In this document: piece by piece, positions 1-9,592 of the stretch | Position numbering within the stretch: position 1 is the stretch's first letter | Layout: every line of letters starts with the position of its first letter | Origin: a virus | Strand: one strand, 5' to 3' | Virus record (IMG/VR): IMGVR_UViG_3300048818_000054 | Coordinates: 20,451-84,450 of that record | DNA length: 64,000 bases | Program-made: the position numbers and the translations under genes | Notes under the pieces: generated by a model | What the model was told of the DNA's origin: nothing | Seen by the model: only the letters and a program-made list of their open reading frames with translations | Databases searched by the model: none

Positions 1-421
1 AAGCGTCCGCGATGTTGTTTGTCGCGCTTTCATAGCCCCAGCGCTTCAAAACTGACATCATCACCACGTCTTTCTGCGAATTGCCTTTGCCGGTGACGAA
101 TTTCTTCAATTCCGAGGCTTTTGGTTCGAACCAATTCAGGCCGTCGAGAGAGAACATTAGGCGCAACATGCCGCCGATCTCCACAAGGGGGATGACAGAA
201 TTGGCATTCCGCATGTTCAAGCTGTAGCCTTCGAGCACGATAACGTTTGGGCCAAATTTAGCAATGCGGAGCATCACTTCGCTGAGTATCGAGCGCTGGC
301 GTTGAAGGCCAATCAGCTTCTTGAAGGAAATCTCTTCCGCATGGATCAAGCTCGGCGTGGGCGTCTCTTCTGGTTGAAGCACGACTATGCCGGTCGCGGT
401 GACTGACAAGTCAATGCCCAT
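1..421 (-). CDS. ruvC: RuvC-like Holliday junction resolvase (3' end runs off the window)
   Basis: Manual translation, not in the track: MGIDLSVTATGIVV...VIVLEGY...ELKKFVTGKGNSQKDVVMMSV...NNIADA, matching the RuvC acidic motifs. Confidence 0.85.
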   Translation of the reverse strand, partial: MGIDLSVTATGIVVLQPEETPTPSLIHAEEISFKKLIGLQRQRSILSEVMLRIAKFGPNVIVLEGYSLNMRNANSVIPLVEIGGMLRLMFSLDGLNWFEPKASELKKFVTGKGNSQKDVVMMSVLKRWGYESATNNIADA

Positions 422-437
422 GGAAACGAAATGAGGG

Positions 438-683
438 TCAAACAAGGCCGCTGATCTCTCGCGACATTCGATAGATCGAATTGATAGTGTCCGCCCAGCA
501 ATCGAGCAGCATGTGCAATTCCTCACGCACGGCCTCGGCTGGCACGTACTGGCCCATCATGCAAAGCGAGCCGTAAATCGACATGCGCGCCTCAATGATC
601 TGCTTCTGGCCGGCAACCGAAGTCGCGGCGGCTTTAACGGCAAGCTGCTTCTCTTCGGCGGTCAAAGGAACGAGGTTGCTCAT
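438..683 (-). CDS. hypothetical protein
   Basis: 81-aa ORF coupled to the upstream gene by ATGA overlap. Confidence 0.6.
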   Translation of the reverse strand: MSNLVPLTAEEKQLAVKAAATSVAGQKQIIEARMSIYGSLCMMGQYVPAEAVREELHMLLDCWADTINSIYRMSREISGLV

Positions 684-1588
684 AGCGTGTCCTTCCAGTC
701 ATAAACCGGGGGATAGTCACCGCTGAAACAAACATCCTTTAGCGAGCAAACGCAAGCCCTTTTTGTGAGAGCGGTAGGGCAAATGCCCCGAGGCATTCCA
801 ACTTCGCCAGCGCGGAAGTCTTTGACCACTTTGGCGCGCGCGGACGGCGCTTCGGTATCGTTGTCATTGCGCTTGATGATGAACTCTTTGAACGGGCTGA
901 ACCTTTCCTTGATGCCCATCGGGGCGAGGTCTGGCGCGAGACAGCCGTAACCGCCTTTAGATATATATAGGACCAACGCAAGATCGGTGTCCACGCCTTC
1001 GACTTCGCTCTCTTCGATGATCCTAAGATAGAGGTTCGTTCGCAAGCGGTGCTCAGCGAGCGGGGCCACAAGCGCCTTATAAGGCTCCGGGGCGATGGTC
1101 TTGATCTCGACAGGACGGAGCTTGCCGCTGCCCAACTCGACCAGCATATCAACGCCGCATGACGCTCCGGTCACTTTCGATATGAAGCGCATTTCGATCG
1201 GCTTGAACGATTTACAATGGCAATCTGGCGTCTCGCAAACGAGCGGGCGCTTGCCGACGTAGGTTATATTCCCGCAACTGACGCATTCCCAATCGCATAC
1301 GGCTTTTCCCATGTCGGCAAATTGATGAACGATCCAATCCTGCATCCAGCGGCCGATCGCAAACGTCACGTTCATGGACGTGTCCAAGAACTCGGGCCAC
1401 TCTTTCGCTTGGGTAGTGTCGAGCAGCGCGTAATAGCGCGGGCAAAAGCCTTCGGGCTTCGTGAGCGATGACGCGTGAACAGGATCATTCGAGCGCGCGG
1501 GCTGTTGAATGTTCAGGTGATTGTGGAGCCAATAGCGCAAGCTGGCAGTAGGAACGGCTTTATCCGTCCGAACAAAAGTCATTGCCAT
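680..1588 (-). CDS. Cas4-like/RecB-family PD-(D/E)XK exonuclease with Fe-S cysteines and Zn-ribbon insert
   Basis: FCPR N-terminal Cys, GVD...EIKT nuclease motif, C-terminal Cys cluster (GICP...ACVCSLKDVC), internal CVSCG...CETPDC. Confidence 0.75.
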   Translation of the reverse strand: MAMTFVRTDKAVPTASLRYWLHNHLNIQQPARSNDPVHASSLTKPEGFCPRYYALLDTTQAKEWPEFLDTSMNVTFAIGRWMQDWIVHQFADMGKAVCDWECVSCGNITYVGKRPLVCETPDCHCKSFKPIEMRFISKVTGASCGVDMLVELGSGKLRPVEIKTIAPEPYKALVAPLAEHRLRTNLYLRIIEESEVEGVDTDLALVLYISKGGYGCLAPDLAPMGIKERFSPFKEFIIKRNDNDTEAPSARAKVVKDFRAGEVGMPRGICPTALTKRACVCSLKDVCFSGDYPPVYDWKDTL

Positions 1589-1737
1589 TATTTCTTGCTC
1601 GACTTTTTGCGATTGGCCTCGCGCACGGCGCGCTGGCGTTCCGCTTCAATGCGCTCTGACACTGAGCCGTGGACGCGCGCGCCTTTGTAGCGCTGGCGCA
1701 TTCTGTCACGGGCACGACGGCAATCAGCGACGCTCAT
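1588..1737 (-). CDS. small basic hypothetical protein (49 aa)
   Basis: Manual translation MSVADCRRARDRMRQ...KKSSKK; TAATG coupling to the downstream gene. Confidence 0.45.
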   Translation of the reverse strand: MSVADCRRARDRMRQRYKGARVHGSVSERIEAERQRAVREANRKKSSKK

Positions 1738-2050
1738 TCATCAACTCCAAGAAATCGGCCAATGGCACGCAAACCCAATCTCCACCGGGCCACGATGCGC
1801 CAGACATTTTCGTGAACGATATGCCGAGAGCAGGCTTCTTGCCGGCGCGCAACGCTTCGCCTTCGATCTTTGCCAGCCAAGCGAAGTGAACCGTCAGGCT
1901 GTCCGTGATGGTGGACTTAGCTTCCATCAAAACGTCGCCAAGGTCAATATCGCCTTTCGCGCCAGTCATCGCGCCGGACACGGGGCGCAGTCTCCCGCCC
2001 ATCTTCTTGCCAAGGCGTTTTTCTGATGCTCGGCCGGCGTCGCCAATCAT
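1724..2050 (-). CDS. Hjc-like PD-(D/E)XK Holliday junction resolvase
   Basis: GRASEKR...SGAMTGAKGDI...LMEAKST pattern. Confidence 0.7.
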   Translation of the reverse strand: MIGDAGRASEKRLGKKMGGRLRPVSGAMTGAKGDIDLGDVLMEAKSTITDSLTVHFAWLAKIEGEALRAGKKPALGISFTKMSGASWPGGDWVCVPLADFLELMNERR

Positions 2051-3135
2051 TCGTCAGCCTCTTCGTCTGGCGCTTGAAGGTTGCCGGTCAAAAGCAGTTC
2101 GTTGATGATGTTCTTGCGGAGATTGGCACCGTACGCCTTATTGGTCCGAATGTAGGCTTCGCACGCGTCTAGCGTCGGATACTCGGTGCCGCACATAACC
2201 CAGCCCTTTTTCTCGTGCCTCTTCAATTGACCAAGGTGCTTCATGTAAGCGGCAACAGTGTTCCAATCGTCGCAATCGCCAACATTCCAGCCGTTGTGAG
2301 CGACGGTCACCATCTTGTACATGCCTTCAATGCCGATGATCGGGCACTTGTTCTTGGGCAAGGTGAACGTGACCTCTTTTCCCACGGGCAGCACCTTCGA
2401 AACCTTCGGGTCTAGGATATTCTTGCCGTATACGCGTAGCCGTATCGAAGATTGAAACAACGGGGCGAAACCGCCCGGCGTCGTCTCAGGCGAGCCATAC
2501 ATGACGCCGATCTTGTGGCGAATTTGGTTGATGTAAAGCAGCGTCGGGAAGCGGCCTTCTTTCTCACATTCGTTCAGCGCAGAGCCGGTCTTACGGACAA
2601 GCGAGCCCACAACGTTTGCGGTGCGGCCGGGATTAGCGGATGAAGCGGACTTCTCAGCCTCTTGCGTCGATATCATGGCGGCTAGACTGTCGATCGCCAC
2701 GACGCCGCAATCCTCTGCAAGCAGGAATTTCTCGGCCATGTCCACAACTTCTTCGGCGTAGTGCGGCTGGACAACGATCACTTTGTCAGTATCGACGCCC
2801 ATCTTTCGCGCCCACGGTTCGTCAAACCCTTCAATCGAAATGAAGACGTTCGTTTTGTCCGGCCAAAGCAACTGGTGCATCTTGATTGCGGACAGGATGA
2901 CATTCGTTTTGTTCGAACTCTCAGGGCCGAACACGGTTGACGCCTTGCCGCGCGGGAAGCCGCCGCCCATGGCAAGGTCAAGAGGGAACAGGCCGGTAGG
3001 GCAGCGGTCGCCAACAGCGGTGTAACCGCCATAGTGACCAACACTATCGCCAAGCTCTTTCTTGAACTTGCCTAGGACGGATTTGGCGGACGTAGCGCCA
3101 GCGCCCGCCGGCGCTTTTTTGATCGTTAAAGCCAT
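2047..3135 (-). CDS. recA: RecA/UvsX-like recombinase
   Basis: TGLFPLDLAMGGG, GPESSNKT P-loop, VVAIDSLAA, YINQIRHKIG, TTPGG; start trimmed to MALTIKK (TAATG overlap). Confidence 0.92.
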   Translation of the reverse strand: MALTIKKAPAGAGATSAKSVLGKFKKELGDSVGHYGGYTAVGDRCPTGLFPLDLAMGGGFPRGKASTVFGPESSNKTNVILSAIKMHQLLWPDKTNVFISIEGFDEPWARKMGVDTDKVIVVQPHYAEEVVDMAEKFLLAEDCGVVAIDSLAAMISTQEAEKSASSANPGRTANVVGSLVRKTGSALNECEKEGRFPTLLYINQIRHKIGVMYGSPETTPGGFAPLFQSSIRLRVYGKNILDPKVSKVLPVGKEVTFTLPKNKCPIIGIEGMYKMVTVAHNGWNVGDCDDWNTVAAYMKHLGQLKRHEKKGWVMCGTEYPTLDACEAYIRTNKAYGANLRKNIINELLLTGNLQAPDEEADE

Positions 3136-3467
3136 TACGCGGGATGATCCGTTTGGAGTTGCAGGACGATCGGGTTTAGGCGCTCTTCCACCCACTTATC
3201 GGCGTACTGGTAGGTTTCGTCAATCTCGGCCGGCAAGCAGGGAAGTTTGATAGAAATCTCCTGCCGACACGATTTGAAATTGCCGAGGTTATGGGTGTAG
3301 GACGAAACGACCCCTACCTCCGCGTAGGGAGTGGGCGACGCGATAGGCGCCGCGCTAGTGTGGTCTTGCACTTCCAACGTCTTCGTCACTTCGCTATCTA
3401 CCACGCCCTTTGTCGATTGCGTGGTCGTCTGTTGCACGACGGGTTTCTTCTTCATTATCAGGGCCAT
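3135..3467 (-). CDS. hypothetical protein
   Basis: ORF coupled on both sides by TAATG overlaps. Confidence 0.65.
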   Translation of the reverse strand: MALIMKKKPVVQQTTTQSTKGVVDSEVTKTLEVQDHTSAAPIASPTPYAEVGVVSSYTHNLGNFKSCRQEISIKLPCLPAEIDETYQYADKWVEERLNPIVLQLQTDHPA

Positions 3468-4852
3468 TAGATTATGTCCTTCACTTCGCATCCAATTGAC
3501 TTATACCACTTAAGCCGGGAGGCTGCGTAACCGGCGAAAACTAGAGAGTCATTGTCCACCAAATCCACGACGACGGGATCGTGTTTGCCTTCGAATGAGC
3601 GGCGGATGCGCCCAACTGGCTGGGTGACGTTTGAGCGCGGCATGGCGAGGATTGCGGTATCAAGCCACGGAATGTCGGTCCCCTCGCCAAGCATGATATA
3701 TGTCGAGAACAGCACGTCTTTCTTGGCTTCCCGATCGCGATGCTCGATCTCTGATTTGCCAACTGCGCCAACGTAAAGCCCCATCTGTTTCATGCTGATT
3801 TTCAAAGCGGTGTTGCATATGCGGATGATCGCTTTCAAGTGCTCATGCTGCGTCGAGAACACCGCGATCTTGCGGCCTTTTAGCAAAGCCTCTTCAACCA
3901 TCGAAGCGATCAAGCGGTTGCGCTCCGGGTCGGCGGCGATGATGCGCTCGATATGCGCGGTCTTGCCGGCGTCGTGGGGCAGACGGATAAGCTCTTCGGT
4001 CACGGCAAGCGTCACCGGGTCTTTCAGCTTCTTATAGACTCGCGGGCAGGCCCATGACGACGCAAAGCGCAGCACGCGGGGGACCATAAGCTCTTCTGTC
4101 GATTGGGCGCGTACGGGGCCGATATGGGCTTGGATCACGATATCCTTGCCGTCCTTGCGCTTGGGCGTAGCAGACAGACCTATGCGATATTTCGCGGGCA
4201 GCATGAAAGCGGCGTTCGAAAACTTGTCGGCGGCCAAGCGGTGAACTTCATCGAACACGATGGTTCCGAATTGCCGTAGCAGCGTCAACACTTCGGCCGG
4301 ATATTTGTCGGCCTTGCTCAAACTCTGAATGTTGGCGATGACGATATCGGTATCGATGATCTGGCAATAATTGCCCTTGATGGCACCTATGCGGTGTTTA
4401 GGTACGCCCAAGAGCACATGAGCGCTCTCAGCCCATTGCGCGGCAACGTCGTCTTTGGTCACAACGATGATCGCTTTGCGTCCGATCAAGTGTATGGCGT
4501 AAAGGCCGAGCGGCGTCTTGCCCCAGCCCGTGTGAGCGCACACAACGCCGGACTGCCCGTTCAGCAAGAAATCTCGGACTTCATCGAACAGTTCGACTTG
4601 ATGCGAGCGCGGCTCCGGACATTTCTCAAATTCTACTTCGTCGCCAAGCGCGCGGTCGTCAACGCCAAGTGGGCAGACGGCGCGCGGCAACTGGATCAAG
4701 CCAAGGTCCGCACGGTAAAGCGGGATTGGCGTCGGGTCAAAATTCGACGTGAAAGTGAAGCGCTCGCGCAAAGCTTCGCTGTCGTGATAGATAGCCGAGG
4801 CCCCCGTTGATAGGGGAACCTCGACCATCGTAAGGTCGGAAAGCTTGGTCAC
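3467..4852 (-). CDS. SF2 DExH helicase (UvsW/XPB-like)
   Basis: HTGWGKT, FDEVH, GLSATP, LGEGTDIP, QPVGRIRR. Confidence 0.92.
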   Translation of the reverse strand: MTKLSDLTMVEVPLSTGASAIYHDSEALRERFTFTSNFDPTPIPLYRADLGLIQLPRAVCPLGVDDRALGDEVEFEKCPEPRSHQVELFDEVRDFLLNGQSGVVCAHTGWGKTPLGLYAIHLIGRKAIIVVTKDDVAAQWAESAHVLLGVPKHRIGAIKGNYCQIIDTDIVIANIQSLSKADKYPAEVLTLLRQFGTIVFDEVHRLAADKFSNAAFMLPAKYRIGLSATPKRKDGKDIVIQAHIGPVRAQSTEELMVPRVLRFASSWACPRVYKKLKDPVTLAVTEELIRLPHDAGKTAHIERIIAADPERNRLIASMVEEALLKGRKIAVFSTQHEHLKAIIRICNTALKISMKQMGLYVGAVGKSEIEHRDREAKKDVLFSTYIMLGEGTDIPWLDTAILAMPRSNVTQPVGRIRRSFEGKHDPVVVDLVDNDSLVFAGYAASRLKWYKSIGCEVKDII

Positions 4853-4867
4853 TGACTAAGTTCCTTG

Positions 4868-4881
4868 TGCAACTAGTTGCA
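4868..4881. repeat. palindrome TGCAACTAGTTGCA, copy 1
   Basis: Between SSB stop and helicase RBS. Confidence 0.9.
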
Positions 4882-4886
4882 CTAAA

Positions 4887-5672
4887 TCAAAGGTTGCTCT
4901 TCATTCCAGCGGTCGCTTTTTCGTGACCGATGCCTTTGACTGCCTTGCCGATGCCGAGCGTAATCAACTCGGCGGCCGGGCGGAACTTGATCTCTTCCTC
5001 GTAATTTGCTGGCGTAACGTCCTCGTCTTTGAGGCTGTATTTCGCGCAGAAATCGTCCCAATCGGTCCACTTGTATGTGGGCACGAACAGGCTGCCGACG
5101 CGCGGCGACTTCTTGCCGATACGCGACACGTCGAACGTCTGGCCGGCGAGACCGACAACTGGCTTCGAGAGCTTCGTCAACGCGGCGATGGTATCGCGCT
5201 TTCCGACGAACAGAGCCTTGCGATTGGTCAAGAGCTTGCCTTCATTCGGGCCGCTCTGAATTTCGTAAGGGGTGTGGTTGATGATCGTGGCGACCGCGAC
5301 GAAAGCCGGTTCGTCGCCGCCTTCGCACATGGGGCAAGGCTGCGTCGTGTCCAGTTCGGCGGTGCAGACGAAATTGTCGGGCTTGCCGTTAATCATGATC
5401 GTGTGCTCATGAAAACGTGGAAGGTCAAGAACTCCTTCATCGTCGAGAGCGCCATCAAGGAACGTGATCGAAGCCTCTTGGCCTTCCTTCAAATAGAAGC
5501 GGCGAAGGGAATTCATTTCCTCTTGACGAAGGGCGGCCTTAGCTTCGTTCTGCGCGATGGCAGTCTTAGCGGCGGCTCCTGTCTTCATCCATGAGAGGGT
5601 GCCGGCTTGCTTCGGTGCGGCGGCTTGGACTTCGGAAACAGCGGCGGGGTTTTTCTTGAACGTAAGTGCCAT
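4887..5672 (-). CDS. single-stranded DNA-binding protein (gp32-like, Zn-binding)
   Basis: HEH...FVC...CPMC motif; replication context; start trimmed to MALTFKK. Confidence 0.7.
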   Translation of the reverse strand: MALTFKKNPAAVSEVQAAAPKQAGTLSWMKTGAAAKTAIAQNEAKAALRQEEMNSLRRFYLKEGQEASITFLDGALDDEGVLDLPRFHEHTIMINGKPDNFVCTAELDTTQPCPMCEGGDEPAFVAVATIINHTPYEIQSGPNEGKLLTNRKALFVGKRDTIAALTKLSKPVVGLAGQTFDVSRIGKKSPRVGSLFVPTYKWTDWDDFCAKYSLKDEDVTPANYEEEIKFRPAAELITLGIGKAVKGIGHEKATAGMKSNL

Positions 5673-5721
5673 GATGAATGTACCTTCACAAAAGGCGGGT
5701 CTGACTCTCTGGTCGGCCGCC

Positions 5722-5749
5722 AAAATAGGCCATGCTAGGTAATTGTCAA
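5722..5749 (-). promoter_or_regulatory. sigma70-like promoter for SSB
   Basis: TTGACA-16-TATTTT. Confidence 0.55.
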
Positions 5750-6715
5750 GCTATACTTTCCGAGCAAAGCCACTAATTCTTGTTCGGTCATTTCTCCGGG
5801 GTCTTTGCGGTGAAGCGGGGGTTTCAAGTGCGTGATGACGTGATCTTGGCCGATCAATTGGCCGATCTTCTTACGCCCCGCATCGCCACCCTTTCCGCGA
5901 TCAAACAGCGTGAACCATTCGAGCGCGTCACCCATGCGTTTCAACTTTTCCTTGCTGGGCGTCGCGAATAGTGGACTGACGACATTATCATAAACTCGCG
6001 CACAAGAGAGCACGTCAAACGGACCTTCCACAACCAAGATAGGGCGGTCACGATCTACCCAACTTTCTCCGAACCAAACGATCGGATTGTTCTTCTCAGC
6101 ATGGGTGTACATGCGATAGCGGGGCTCCGTGGACGCGTCTACAGCGCGACCATGTAGGCCGACAAGCTGGCCTTCAAAGTCCCGTATGGGGAAGCATACG
6201 CGGCGCTGCGCGGTATCGGCTTTTATATCGAGCACGTCCGCTAGTTCGGGTGGCACGTTGCGCTCTTTTAGGTAGTCAACCGCGAACGGGACGTGCCGCC
6301 AGCCGGGGAAGCTGTAGAGCCACCATGTCGGAAAAACGTGTACACCCTTCGGACTGTGGAACAGCGTGTCTTCCTCAGTCGGATGATCGAAGCCTACGGA
6401 CACGGCGGCCTCGGCGTCGAGTATCAATTGAAGCGCTTGGCCCCAATGCACGTTGACATGTGCAGCCTTCTTGCTGCGGTAGCGCATGTCCAAAACAAGG
6501 TCGGTCATTGAGCCGTGCCAGTCGCACGCGAAGCAATCTGTGTGGGCGTCGCCGGGCTCTATCACGGCGGCGAAGGCCGGCTTCTTGTCGGTACCTTGAT
6601 CGTGCGTCCACGGCGCGAGCGGACAGGATGACACGATGCGACCGGGGCGCGTCTGCGTCTGAGGAACCTTCGCGCCAATGAACGCGAGGAAAACGCGCGT
6701 CTGCTCTTTGTTCAT
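5735..6715 (-). CDS. DNA primase (Zn-binding + TOPRIM)
   Basis: CPLAPWTH...CFAC zinc domain, YLKERN, FPIRD, GRA, VVEGPFD, LFDRG..G. Confidence 0.88.
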   Translation of the reverse strand: MNKEQTRVFLAFIGAKVPQTQTRPGRIVSSCPLAPWTHDQGTDKKPAFAAVIEPGDAHTDCFACDWHGSMTDLVLDMRYRSKKAAHVNVHWGQALQLILDAEAAVSVGFDHPTEEDTLFHSPKGVHVFPTWWLYSFPGWRHVPFAVDYLKERNVPPELADVLDIKADTAQRRVCFPIRDFEGQLVGLHGRAVDASTEPRYRMYTHAEKNNPIVWFGESWVDRDRPILVVEGPFDVLSCARVYDNVVSPLFATPSKEKLKRMGDALEWFTLFDRGKGGDAGRKKIGQLIGQDHVITHLKPPLHRKDPGEMTEQELVALLGKYSLTIT

Positions 6716-7176
6716 GCGGTGTCGGCAACAGCGCGACGTACGATTTTCATTGTGCGACCGGTGCGCGCCGTCGAGAGCACAAGCTCTTTTTGTGGCGGCG
6801 TCAGATAGTCGTCAAGGTTCTTGAGCGTGATCGTCGCCAGCTTCATGAACAGTTCGTTGCCCAGCATCTTCTTGGCTTCGGGCAGATTGGAAATAGAGCG
6901 CGACGTGGCTCGCTTGCCTGCCGTGAGGATGAAATACTCGCCAACCTCTTCGATCAAATCGTCATCGCCCCCAAGCGCATTGATCTTCGCCTGCAAATCG
7001 GTCTTGGCGTCTTTCAGCGGCTTCAACGTTTCGGTCAAGTCGGCAATCGCGGCCAACACCTGTACGGCGTTCATTTGAAGCGTGCCGACCAAATCGATGG
7101 CTTCGGCAAGTTCGGATAACGTATCGACCGCAATCGCTTCGACGGGGAGCGGCTTCTTTTTCAGGACCAGTTTCAT
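6712..7176 (-). CDS. hypothetical protein
   Basis: 154-aa ORF with RBS; ATGA overlap with primase. Confidence 0.65.
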   Translation of the reverse strand: MKLVLKKKPLPVEAIAVDTLSELAEAIDLVGTLQMNAVQVLAAIADLTETLKPLKDAKTDLQAKINALGGDDDLIEEVGEYFILTAGKRATSRSISNLPEAKKMLGNELFMKLATITLKNLDDYLTPPQKELVLSTARTGRTMKIVRRAVADTA

Positions 7177-7281
7177 GATGGCAACCTCTTGTTGCGGGCG
7201 GTCCCTCTGGCCTCCTATTCCACATGACCGTTTTACCGGGGTAGTGGATAATCACGCGCGGGAGCCGAGGGACCAAGGCGG

Positions 7282-7309
7282 ACGATAGGCGAAAGCCCGC
7301 CTCTGTCAA
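7282..7309 (-). promoter_or_regulatory. sigma70-like promoter
   Basis: TTGACA-16-TATCGT. Confidence 0.5.
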
Positions 7310-7909
7310 TCAAATCTTCTTGAAAATGGTTACCACCCGGAAACGGTGATTGGTCGAACGGACAACGCCGATGACAGCCTCGATCTTCCATTGATCCTTG
7401 CGATACATGGGGAGCACTTGGTCAAGCCAGACTAGGTGCGTCCCCACGACGGCGCGGGCGGCGAGCGCCTTGAGGACTAGGTTCCTCCGGACCATCGTAG
7501 TTCCGTAACGCATGGCGTCGTCTTGGCTGTAAGGCGGGTCAGCAAGGATGATATCGTAATTCCAAACCGGAACATTTTGCAGCGTCTGGGCGTCATCCAC
7601 GAATGTTGGATTGTTTTCTGGATTGAAGTCAACCGTGTCGCCGGGATAGGTTTCTGTATCGACCTTCCCACTGAAAAGGTGAAGCGTCCGTTGCTTTTCA
7701 GGGAATAGGGCGCGAATTCGTCTGAGGTATCCCGCAGGGTAGCCTCCATAGTACTTGGATTTGACACGATAATCATTCCCCAAAAGCCACGTTCCTACAA
7801 CGCGGCCGTCGCCGGCAATGAACAGCGCTTGCGGGAAACCGGTCTTCTCCGCGTAGTTTGCGAGGCGCTGCGGCCACGTCCAGCCGTGGATCATGGTCTG
7901 GGTTTTCAT
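7310..7909 (-). CDS. putative amino-(N6A/N4C) DNA methyltransferase-like protein
   Basis: HLFSG (SAM motif I-like) and IILADPPY (motif IV); start trimmed by ATGA overlap. Confidence 0.65.
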   Translation of the reverse strand: MKTQTMIHGWTWPQRLANYAEKTGFPQALFIAGDGRVVGTWLLGNDYRVKSKYYGGYPAGYLRRIRALFPEKQRTLHLFSGKVDTETYPGDTVDFNPENNPTFVDDAQTLQNVPVWNYDIILADPPYSQDDAMRYGTTMVRRNLVLKALAARAVVGTHLVWLDQVLPMYRKDQWKIEAVIGVVRSTNHRFRVVTIFKKI

Positions 7910-8322
7910 GCGCCGTCCGGCATGACGATACGGACCTTTTTGTTTTTCTTGATCGCGTAGCGGACGGTCGCCCACGTTCCCGATCGCAACTCTTCAGGGC
8001 CTTTCGGACAAGCGATCAAGAAATCGCATTCGTCCACCATCGCGTGATTGCGATCTAAATAGTCCAACGGCTGACGGTTCTCGTTGGCGCGCGGGCCGTT
8101 GCCGGCCGCCTTGGACCTGTTCAGCGGCGGATGCAGCACTTGATACAAGCCAATATTAGCCGCGATCTCGAAGGCTTGTGCGTCGGCCCCGATGCAATCT
8201 CCGGAATGGAACCTCTTCGGCATATACGAGCGTAATATGAGGCCGACCCGCGCGAACTGCCGAGGCGTCATGCCAATCTGCGTGCCGGTGAAGGCGATAG
8301 CGTTGTGACCTTCGTTTGTCAT
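7906..8322 (-). CDS. SLOG-superfamily (DprA/YspA-like) protein
   Basis: FTGTQ, HSGDCIGAD, RNHAMVD, SGTWATVRYA. Confidence 0.75.
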   Translation of the reverse strand: MTNEGHNAIAFTGTQIGMTPRQFARVGLILRSYMPKRFHSGDCIGADAQAFEIAANIGLYQVLHPPLNRSKAAGNGPRANENRQPLDYLDRNHAMVDECDFLIACPKGPEELRSGTWATVRYAIKKNKKVRIVMPDGA

Positions 8323-9590
8323 GGGTACTGCAATTCGTCCAGAGAAATTTCGGCTAGTTCTGAGAAATCCATGTTGACGAAATCCCACAAGACCTTGAAC
8401 TCGCCCACTTCGCCGTTGCGGCCTTTGAGCAGAGTGACAATCTTGTGCTTGATGCTGTCGATCGTGTCGCCTTGCATGAAGCCGAGCGCGAGCGATGAGT
8501 ACTGGGCGATGGCGTCGGAATATCCGATATCGTCCATGTTCACTTTGTCGCCGTGCTTTTTCTTCATCTTCTCGCTGGCGCTCTTCGCAAACTGCCAGCT
8601 AACGACGGTCGGGGCGATGTTGCACAACTCGCGCTTTATCAGGGGCACGTTCTTGGCGACACGCTTGTAGGGGTCGTGCTCATGCGGATGCGACAGAATA
8701 TAGCCGCCATCAACGAACATGGCGTCTGGCTTGAGTTGTCTCGCGAGCACCCAAATGTCTTCGACCGAGGCGGTTACATCGCCGTCCACCACCCAAAATG
8801 GTGCGCCGAAGCCTGCAACTTCGAGCAAGCCTTTTTTCAGTTTCTTGATACCGAACGTCGATAGCGTTCCGTTCTTTAGGTCGGATGAATTGACGCTTGC
8901 CACGATGGCGGCGAGGCGCTGTTCGATCGGTAGCGCCTTCATTTCCATGCTGACGAACATTCGGGATTGCGGATTGGCGCTTAGCGCGGTGCCTTGCCAC
9001 CCGAATAACGCGGTGTAGAGCATGAAAAACGTCTTTCCGTTTGCGGGTCTTCCGACAAACGAGACTAGATCGCCGGCAACCAAACCGCCAGTCATCTTGT
9101 CGAGATAGGGCCAACCGAGAAACAGAGAATTCGAATTGTCCTTCCCCAGCGCGTCGCCAAAGGTCGTCATGATGATCTCGTAGGCGTGCCGAAAGTCCAC
9201 CACGTTCTTGCCCATCTTGCGCTGGGCCAACATCATGATCGCGTTGGTCATCACCTTGAGCGCGCCGGGCACGTCCTTGGCGTTCGGGTCAAGCAGGGCG
9301 TTGATCTCTTTGCCGGCAAGCTTGAGCGTGTCTTCGATGAACCGGTTTTGGAGCAAGTCGAGATAGTAGGCGCTAGGTTCGGCTGCGGTGCCCACTGACT
9401 CGCCTGTATGGGCGAGGATGGTATTGGCAGTCGGGAGCGCGCCATACTGCTTGATGAAGCTGCGGATGAACTTGTAGGGGGCTTCCTCAGTGCCTTTGAA
9501 CAGGTGGTCGATTGGACCTTGGCCTATCAGGTCGGCGGCTCCGCCTTCCGCCAATAGCGCGGCCATGAACATTTTACCCAAAACGCTCAT
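8319..9590 (-). CDS. dnaB: DnaB-like replicative helicase
   Basis: GRPANGKT, FVSMEM, FVDGGY, SDAIAQ, KGRNGE. Confidence 0.9.
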   Translation of the reverse strand: MSVLGKMFMAALLAEGGAADLIGQGPIDHLFKGTEEAPYKFIRSFIKQYGALPTANTILAHTGESVGTAAEPSAYYLDLLQNRFIEDTLKLAGKEINALLDPNAKDVPGALKVMTNAIMMLAQRKMGKNVVDFRHAYEIIMTTFGDALGKDNSNSLFLGWPYLDKMTGGLVAGDLVSFVGRPANGKTFFMLYTALFGWQGTALSANPQSRMFVSMEMKALPIEQRLAAIVASVNSSDLKNGTLSTFGIKKLKKGLLEVAGFGAPFWVVDGDVTASVEDIWVLARQLKPDAMFVDGGYILSHPHEHDPYKRVAKNVPLIKRELCNIAPTVVSWQFAKSASEKMKKKHGDKVNMDDIGYSDAIAQYSSLALGFMQGDTIDSIKHKIVTLLKGRNGEVGEFKVLWDFVNMDFSELAEISLDELQYP

Positions 9591-9592
9591 GG

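Noticed and set aside
680-1588. CRISPR-Cas locus suggested by the Cas4-like gene
   Set aside because: No repeat-spacer array and no cas1/cas2 in the window; context is phage recombination.
7181-7195. Counting this hairpin RBS as a full member of the CsrB-like set
   Set aside because: Its loop is AAGAG and lacks the GGA core, so it is noted only as a variant.
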